NCBI RefSeq assembly: GCF_044704955.1
Contig: NC_092002.1
Location: 11,842,001-11,906,000 of the forward strand
Direction: 5' to 3'
From: Pristiophorus japonicus
Lineage: Eukaryota
Length of the DNA stretch: 64,000 nucleotides
Shown: positions 12,089-64,000 of the stretch, one piece after another
Position numbering within the stretch: position 1 is the stretch's first letter
How the letters are laid out: the number at the start of each line of letters is the position of its first letter
Made by a program: the position numbers and the translations under genes
The notes under the pieces: generated by a model
Databases searched by the model: none
What the model saw: only the letters and a program-made list of their open reading frames with translations
What the model was told of the DNA's origin: nothing

Positions 12089-12230
12089 CTCTCCCCCGGG
12101 GCCGGCGCTATCTCCGCGCTCCGTGCCTGTGGGTCTCTCCGGGAGCCCCGGCCTGCTCCCCGAATCTTGCCCCGGACTCCGAATTTAACCCGCATCCGGC
12201 CACCATGCGCTTCCGGTCCCGCACTAACCC
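12068..12230 (-). promoter_or_regulatory. GEMIN7: Candidate GEMIN7 promoter and non-coding first exon
   Basis: CpG-rich patch with ETS motif ACCGGAAGCG (about 12208-12217) and a donor-like GTGAGG at 12067 leading into the minisatellite. Confidence 0.5.
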
Positions 12231-12711
12231 GCTCCCCCTGCCGCCGCGTCCCCGGACATTGGTTCTGGCCCCCCCCGTACTGGCTCTGCTCCTCCTCTGT
12301 CCACCAGGAGCCTCTCCCAGCTGCTTTGGCCCAGCTCACTTGCCCAGCCAACACCCTGTCCAAACTGACATTGTTACCACCCTCAGAACAGCCCACCCAA
12401 CAAAAGCACCCCCACCTCCGTTTATCCTCACTCGAAACGAGGCCCCCCATCATTTTCTCTCGGGCGGACGTAAAAGATCTCATAGCAGTATTTCGAAGAA
12501 GAGCTAAGGGGAGTTATCCCCGGTGTGCTGGCCAATATTTATCCTTCAGCCAACATCGCTCAAACAGGCAACTAATCGTTGCCACATTGCTGTTTGTGGG
12601 AGCTTGCTGTGCGCAAATTGGCTGCCACACTTCCCACATTACAACAGTGACTACACTTCAAAAAGTACTTCATTGGCTGTAAAGCGCTTTGGGGACGTCC
12701 GGTGTTCATGA

Positions 12712-13122
12712 ATGGGGTACTGAAGTTGCATGTTCAGCCATTAACTCATTGAATGGCGGTGCAGGCTCGAAGGGCCAAATGGCCTACTCCTGCACCTATT
12801 TTCTATGTTTCTATGATGTTGGGGAAGTCTAGAACCAGGGGTCACAGTCTAAGGATAAGGGGTAAGCCATTTAGGACTGAGATGAGGAAAAACTTCTTCA
12901 CCCAGAGAGTTGTTAACCTGTGGAATTCCCTGCCGCAGAGAGTTGTTGATGCCAGTTCATTGGATATATTCAAGGGGGAGTTAGATATGGCCCTTACGGC
13001 TAAAGGGATCAAGGGGTATGGAGAGAAAGCAAGAAAGGGGTACTGAGGGAATGATCAGCCATGATCTTATCGAATGATGGTGCAGGCTCTACTCCTGCAC
13101 CTATTTTCTATGTTTCTATGTA
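12712..13122 (+). mobile_element. CR1-clade LINE 3' fragments
   Basis: ORF SRTRGHSLRIRGKPFRTEMRKNFFTQRVVNLWNSLP; (TTTCTATG)n tails. Confidence 0.85.
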
Positions 13123-13185
13123 TCTAGTTGGTTTATTAGCAAAGGTTAACAATCACACTACACATTACCAGTTCAACTATTTTAG

Positions 13186-13610
13186 TTGTGCACTTTAAAC
13201 AAATGCCCCCTGCAAGGGGGGGTCACACTCCTAAATAATTTTTTTTCCAGTGTCCCTTCTTTTTTGAGGGCACTAAAAACAGAAATTATACAAGTGCCCC
13301 CTGGCTATAAGGGGGAGGGGGGCACTAAAACCGGCAAATTAAACAAATTAAACTTTAGCCATGTGGTTCAAATAAAAATTTGGTTGTCAGGGGTGATGAT
13401 GCACTCCAGTCCCTCCGACACCCACCTCTCGCAGAAGGCCGCGAGCGTACCGGTGAACACCACGTGCTCCATCTCCAGGGACACCCTGGCTCGGATGTAA
13501 CCGCAGAAGAGAGGCAGGCAGTCGGGATGAACGACCCCTTCGACCGCCCGCTGCCTGGACTGGCTGATGGCCCCCTTGGCCAGGCCCAGGAGCAGTCCCA
13601 AGGAGGAGGT
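13186..13610 (-). mobile_element. Tx1/L1-like non-LTR retrotransposon 3' end (ORF2 C-terminus plus hairpin-rich 3' UTR)
   Basis: ORF GLLLGLAKGAISQSRQRAV...FCERW resembles Tx1 ORF2 C-termini; GCCCCC..GGGGG hairpins in the UTR; related UTR piece on + at about 16370-16500. Confidence 0.6.
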
Positions 13611-14199
13611 GGGTCGGAACGGCCGTCACTCCAAGTCATCAGCGCCGCACTTATGATGTCACCGTTCCCACCCCTTCAGTTAAAGGGGAAGTCCGCTGCG
13701 AACTCTGCAGCCACGCTATTGGCAAACACTGGGCCACCAGAACGGTTTCGGCCGGGCCAGCGGCCTGGCACCCCAAGAGAGGGTGCCAGGCTGCCTGTTG
13801 CAGCCCAGTTGAACTCGGGGGCATAATTGTCGGCCCGACCTGGCAGTCAAGCGGACGCGCCGCCCAGCCACACACAGCTGCCTGCTGGGGAAAGCTGTCA
13901 GTGGCACTGACCGGTGGCTCCCCCGGGTCAATTCACGCACAGAGGTCGGTAAGGGGTCGCGCGTGCCCGACATGGCGGGAAGACGGTTGGAACTGTAACC
14001 CCTGCCCGTCACCCCCGGCCCGGGGGGGTAATTTCGGAAAGGGTCGGCCCATCCATCTTCCCCCAGTCACTGAGGCCTCTCTGCCCCATTTAGTGGAGCT
14101 TATAGAGGGGGGAAATTTGGGTCCCACAGTCTCGAGCAGCTTTGGCAGCTGATCTGGGCCAATGTTGGTGCCAATAAAGTTGGTTGAGTGGTGGCTGCC

Positions 14200-14371
14200 G
14201 CAGGGCATGTCGGGAGTTGTAGTTTGAAAGCGGCGCTCTCCCCGCGGCGCGTGCGCAGTGCGAGGGCAGAGCGGATAAGGCGCGTGCGCAGTGCGCGGGC
14301 GGGCGCTCTCGCCGCGGCGCATGCGCAGTGGCACTCGGCAGTCCGAGCGGCCCCGAGACCCAGGCCCCAGG
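14200..14371 (+). promoter_or_regulatory. SYMPK: SYMPK CpG-island promoter and 5' UTR
   Basis: GGGCATGTCGGGAGTTGTAGT at 14203-14223 (reverse complement ACTACAACTCCCGACATGCCC, a ZNF143/THAP11-type motif); NRF1-type GCGCATGCGC and GCGTGCGCA sites. Confidence 0.75.
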
Positions 14372-61943
<47,572 letters not shown>

Positions 61944-62764
61944 GTGAGTGCTTCAGCAAATGTTCCGGCAAACTAGCGCGGCCTTGAAGTTTTATTAGTC
62001 GGGCCTGAACTTCCTCAAATGATTCCGTGAAACCGGATGAATAATCCTGACTTTTTCCGTTACTGCACCATTCAGTGGCCGATTGTCCCTTGGGCCCCAC
62101 TGTATCGATTTTCCAAAGTTCCAGATAAGAAAGAAAGACTTGCATTTATATGGCCACCCGACGTCTCAAAGCGCTTTACAGCCAATGAAGTACTTTTGGA
62201 GTGTAGTCGCTTGTTGTAATGTGGGAAACGCGGCAGCCAATTTGCACACAGCAAGCTCCCACAAACAGCAATGTGATAATGACCAGATAACCTGTTTTTG
62301 TTATGTTGACTGAGGGATAAATATTGGCCCCAGGACACCGGGGAGAACTGCCCTGCTCTGTTTCGAAATAGTGCCACGGGATCTTTCACATCCACCTGAG
62401 AGAGCACACGGGGCCTCGGTTTAACGTCTCATCCGAAAGACGTCACCTCTGACTCAGTACTGCATTGGGAGTGACGGCATGGATTTATGTGCTCAAGTCC
62501 CTGGAGTGCGACTTGAACCCACAACCTTTTGACTCAGGCGAGGGTGTTACCCACTGAGCCACAGCTGACACTGCTATATTGAGCCAATATTCCTTGAAAT
62601 AGTTATAAAATGAATATCAGTGTGGGTACTTTGAGGGGTGACTGTGGGCGAGGTCCAAGCAGAGAGCTATGTGTTAAAAAAGAAGACTTGCATTTATATA
62701 GCGCCTTTCACGACCACAGGACATCATAAAGCACTTTACAGCCAATGAAGTACTTTGTGAAGTG

Positions 62765-64000
62765 ATGACCTAACTCCATATACCTGCTTTTGCCCTATAT
62801 CTCTTAATACCTTTTGGTTCACAAAAATCAATCGCAGATTTAAAGTTAACACTTTGTCTAACATCAACTGCCGTTTGTGGAAGAGAGTTCCAAACTTCTA
62901 CCACCCTTTGTGTGTAGAAGTGTTTCCTCATTTCACTCCTGAAAGGTCTGGCTCTAATTTTTAGACTCTGCCCCCTAGTCCTAGAATCCCCAACCCAATC
63001 TGTTCCCCTTAATATCCTGAAAACTTCGATCAGATCACCCCTTAACCTTCTAAATTCCAGGGAATACAGCCCTAGTTTGTGTAATCTCTCGTCGTAACTT
63101 AACCCTTGCAGTCCGGGTATCATTCTGGTAAACTCATGCTGCACTCCCTCCAAGGCCAATACATCCTCCCTCAGGTGTGGGGCCCAGAACGGCTCACAGT
63201 GCTCCAGGTGCGGTCTAACGAGCTGCAGCATAACTTCTACCCCCTTGTACTCTAGTCCTCAAGATATAAAGACCAGCATTCCATTAGCTATTTTGATTAT
63301 TTTCTGTACCTGTTCATGACATTTTAATGATCTATGTACCTGGATCCCCAAGTCTCCCTGGACCTGTTTTAGCTTTTCACCATTTAGAAAGTACCCTGTT
63401 TTATCCTTTTTAGGTCCAAAGTGGATGACCTCACGTTTGCCGACATTGAAATCCATTTGCCACAGTTTTGCCCAGTCACTTAATCTATTAATATCTCTCT
63501 GTAATTTTAAGCTTTCATCTATGCTGCCTATAATGCCGCCTATCTTTCTGTCATCTGCAAATTTGGATGTGTGACTTTCTATCCCATCATCTAAGTCGTT
63601 AATAAATACAGCAAGTAGTTGAGGTCCCAATACAGATCCCTGTGGGACACCACTAGTCACATCCTGCCAATTCGAATACCTGCCCTTTATCCCCACTCTC
63701 TGTCTCCTGCCGCTCAGCCAATTTCCTAACCAGGTCAATAATTTGTCTTTAATTCCACAGGCTTCAACCTTCATTAACAGTCTCTTTATAAATAACATCC
63801 ACAGATATTCCCCTATCCATTACTTTTGTCACCTATTCAAAAAATTCTATCAGGTTTGTCAGGCATGACTGCCTTTTATAAATCCCTGCTGGCTCTCGCT
63901 GACCAGCTGAAAATGTTCAAGATGCTCAATCACCCTATACTTAATTATAGACTCTAATAATTTCCCGACAACACATGTTCGGCTAACTGGTCTATAATTC
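62765..64000 (-). mobile_element. CR1-clade LINE RT region, running off the window
   Basis: ORF with SGVPQGSVLGP and SKFADD. Confidence 0.9.

Overview
Eukaryotic vertebrate DNA. The repeat content (CR1/HER1-type LINEs, Deu-domain tRNA-SINEs, RTE, Penelope, Tx1) points to a shark or other cartilaginous fish; this is an inference. The window holds three genes. (1) The 5' ~50 kb of symplekin (SYMPK, + strand): 24 coding exons at 14372-61943, all with GT-AG boundaries and consistent phases, giving 3375 nt or 1125 codons, with the gene continuing past the window. (2) GEMIN7 on the - strand, head-to-head with SYMPK, with its whole CDS in one exon (5658-6038). (3) A CpG-island promoter and probable first exon of an unidentified - strand gene at about 1620-2150. 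Introns are packed with retrotransposon fragments, MITEs, solo LTRs and G/C-rich minisatellites, and there is one assembly gap. The most unusual item is a ~350-bp poly(A)-tailed, TSD-flanked retro-insertion in SYMPK intron 7 (24060-24410, - strand). It is built from a remodelled U2 snRNA plus a second U2 5' fragment and a non-U2 tail, making it a candidate U2-derived SINE (SINEU-like). Also notable is a ~390-bp inverted duplication bracketing SYMPK exon 9. All identifications were made by eye against remembered reference sequences, and repeat boundaries are approximate.
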